Positions 61,401-64,000 of a DNA stretch of 64,000 nucleotides are shown here, piece after piece; position 1 is the stretch's first letter; every line of letters starts with the position of its first letter. A program made the position numbers and the translations under genes. The notes beneath the pieces were generated by a model, which was given only the letters and a program-made list of their open reading frames with translations, did no database searches and was not told the origin of the DNA. The stretch comes from Squalus acanthias (Eukaryota): NCBI GenBank assembly GCA_030390025.1, contig CM059438.1, positions 17,050,001-17,114,000 on the forward strand, read 5' to 3'.

Positions 61401-64000
61401 CACAGTATTCACAATCAGGAATGTGGCAGTCAAAGATTGATTGAACACTCATACTCCTTCCCCGCTTTTTAAAAAAAAAGATTGGTAACCCAAGAGAAAT
61501 GAAAGCTTGCCATTCACCTCTGATGTCATTAATCAAGAGGCAGGCAAAACAAACTGGAGCTGCTGCGACCATCTTTCTACCCAGTCCCTTCTGCTGAATG
61601 CACCCCTATTGCGTTCATCGCAGTTCTGTGCAGCAAAGAAAGATTGGGTCTGAAAAGTGCATTTGTGCTCAAAGTATAATAAAACAAAAGCAGCTACACA
61701 AGGGGGGCTTGTCAGGCTGCCTTCCGCAGGCTAATTCTGGCAAGTCCACTGCTTTGCTTAAATTACTAGCCCTGAGCTTGGCTGTACCCAGACATGGCTT
61801 ACTGTTCCAAAGCTACTAATCTTAATGGTCTGCAACACTACATTCTCTTATTCCAAAAGTCTGCTCTCTATTAACTCCCTAATTGCTGGGCAACTATGTA
61901 CCAACCGCAATTTTAAAAGAAGAAAGATTTTTTTTTTTAAAAAGCTATCAAGAGTTAAATTTTCTTCAGAAACTCTCTCAAGAACACTAATTCTCTACTA
62001 ACAGAAGTTGAAAGATTTCCTAAAGGACAATATTTGAATCTGTGCTTTCATTTCAACATTTTCTTCACATTCTCGCCCACCAAAAAAACTCTTCACACCT
62101 GAGTAAGCATTTTCTTCCAAATCTACTTTTCCTATTCTTATTTATACAGTGGTCTGCGCCCTTTCACAGTATTATATAGCTCATTTCTGGCCAAGGTCTT
62201 GCCCTTTGTTAACTGGCCATTGTTCCCAAGGACAAGGCCTTCATTGACTAGTAAAATTCTCCTGTTCAGAAAGAGGCCTCTCTTCTCCTCCAACAAACGA
62301 TGACAGGACCACTGACACGACAGCATACTAAGACAATACTGCACGACCAGGCAGCACAAAACCTCTCCAGAATGCTCTCACATATTTCCACGCTGTTCCA
62401 GCTGTCAGGAAAGAAAGACCACTTTCTGGCCACCCAATTGTTACAATTGTATAAGCAACCCCAAACTAAAATCATGCTTTGGGGCCTACTATCCTCTCGA
62501 GTCATTCGGTAGAGAACTACTGCTATTAAATGCATTTCGTACATTAAACCATTACTTGCTCAGCCGTACCAGTTCCTTGCATATTTTGGGAGCAGGAAGA
62601 TTTTAGTGCGTTTCAGTGAAACAGCCACCCTTGTGGTGGCATTCTCAGCTAACACCAGCATTCTTAAGAACTTTCCCACCCAATGACTATCTAGTGAGGT
62701 AAAAAGTTTCAAAAGACAAATTCACTTCTTCCCCGTACAACTCCCAGTACGGAAATAGCTGAAAGTAAGCACTTATTGCTATAATTTAAAATAGTTGTGC
62801 AATTAAAAAAAAACATAGAAACATCAGAGTTAGGAAGACTTTCTCAATAGCCATCTTTTGAACCCCATAGTAGTACGGTAGAAAAATATATAGGTCTCTT
62901 TTTGGGGGGGGCGGGGGGGGGAGGGTTGGGGAAGAGTGGCATGATGAGGCCACACTTTAATATGTGGTTGGGACTCACTTGTGTTGTAAAACAGAATAAT
63001 TAAGACTGCTAGATAAACATGCAGAGAACAAAAGACCACAAGAAGTAGGGAAAACAATGAAGAAGCAGATTTACAAAAAGGTGGATTAACATGTTATCAC
63101 TGCATGTTATAGTACATTAAATACTGCTGGAGAATATTTGAGTTACTCCAATTGCAGCGTGCATTCCACTGCAAACGCAGTGGCTTACTGAAAGGAGCCC
63201 TTTATCCCAATTGCTTTAGTCATTCCACCCATTTTACACATACTAGGGCCCTCTATAAGTAGTCTTTAAGTCACACAAAAAAAGAAACCGTTTCAGAGAT
63301 TGACATTTGGGAGGTTCCTCTATTAGAGAGTGACCCATAAACATAACTTACACTGTCAGAGGTTTTTGGCTACTGCTGAACAATAAAATGAGCCACATGT
63401 GACTCCGTCAGAATATATTTAATTTGTTTTTGACTGCCCTTATTTACCCAATAAATGGGTATATGTCTGTAACAGAACTTTTACAGTTACCTGCCTAAGT
63501 TAGCTCCTAAATTAGCCAGCCTGCAGCATTTTAATATTTAAAATGTTATTTAGTAACCTAGTAAGTTTTGGATACATCTTGCGCTCTAATTCACACATTG
63601 TTTTTGAGTTAATATGGGTTGCGGTCTTAAACTCATGCAATTTTATCAACAGTGCAGTTATTTAGATGGTTGTTCCTTATTTCCGTTTGATAACATTGAG
63701 CCTGAGGGCAGAAAGGTCATGTTTTACAAAGCAGTTCCCATTTCTTACAATGCACGTATGCTTATTGAGGAGCCTTGAGCACCGTCCTTTTCAGCAAAAA
63801 AAAATCAATTTGCACTTACAGCAGTTCAGTCTAACATATAAAAGAGTTTCACAGAGTCCACAGTACAATGACTGAACTCTGTGTAGGACGTGTGTGCCAG
63901 ACTGGACAAGTAGTACAAGGAAAGTTAACTGACAGGCAATGATCGATTGGTGTTTCAGGTTGACAAATTCCAGCAGTACAAGACATCTGCCAAGCATGTG

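Overview
Vertebrate (very probably shark/chondrichthyan, inferred from the repeat families) genomic DNA, not prokaryotic. The main feature is the 3' half of TCF7L2 (TCF4, the Wnt/beta-catenin HMG-box effector) on the minus strand. Eleven exons with GT-AG boundaries can be read from 55669 down to the terminal exon (CDS ends 29682; poly(A) signal about 28160). They include the LVPQ and SFLSG alternative splice sites, both HMG-box exons, the NLS exon, the twin 73-nt CRARF/CRALF C-clamp exons, the 25-nt stop exon and a multi-frame last exon with the A9 tract. The beta-catenin-binding 5' exons lie beyond the window end. Bases 1-26,000 are downstream intergenic DNA dense in decayed transposons: CR1 and L2 LINEs, a Vingi/I-like LINE, Deu-type and other tRNA SINEs, an LF-SINE-like relic, PIF/Harbinger remnants and MITEs, and Penelope-type pieces with hammerhead-ribozyme cores. 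Almost all long ORFs in the supplied track are TE remnants or artefacts. I see no evidence of a wholly new multi-gene system. The best leads are a candidate extra in-frame TCF7L2 exon, a read-through of the double-inclusion isoform into a third reading frame, apparent absence of the 51-nt exon known from human, a possible autoregulatory TCF+helper site, and a hammerhead-bearing insertion nested in an L2. Family names and human comparisons come from recalled knowledge, not from searches.
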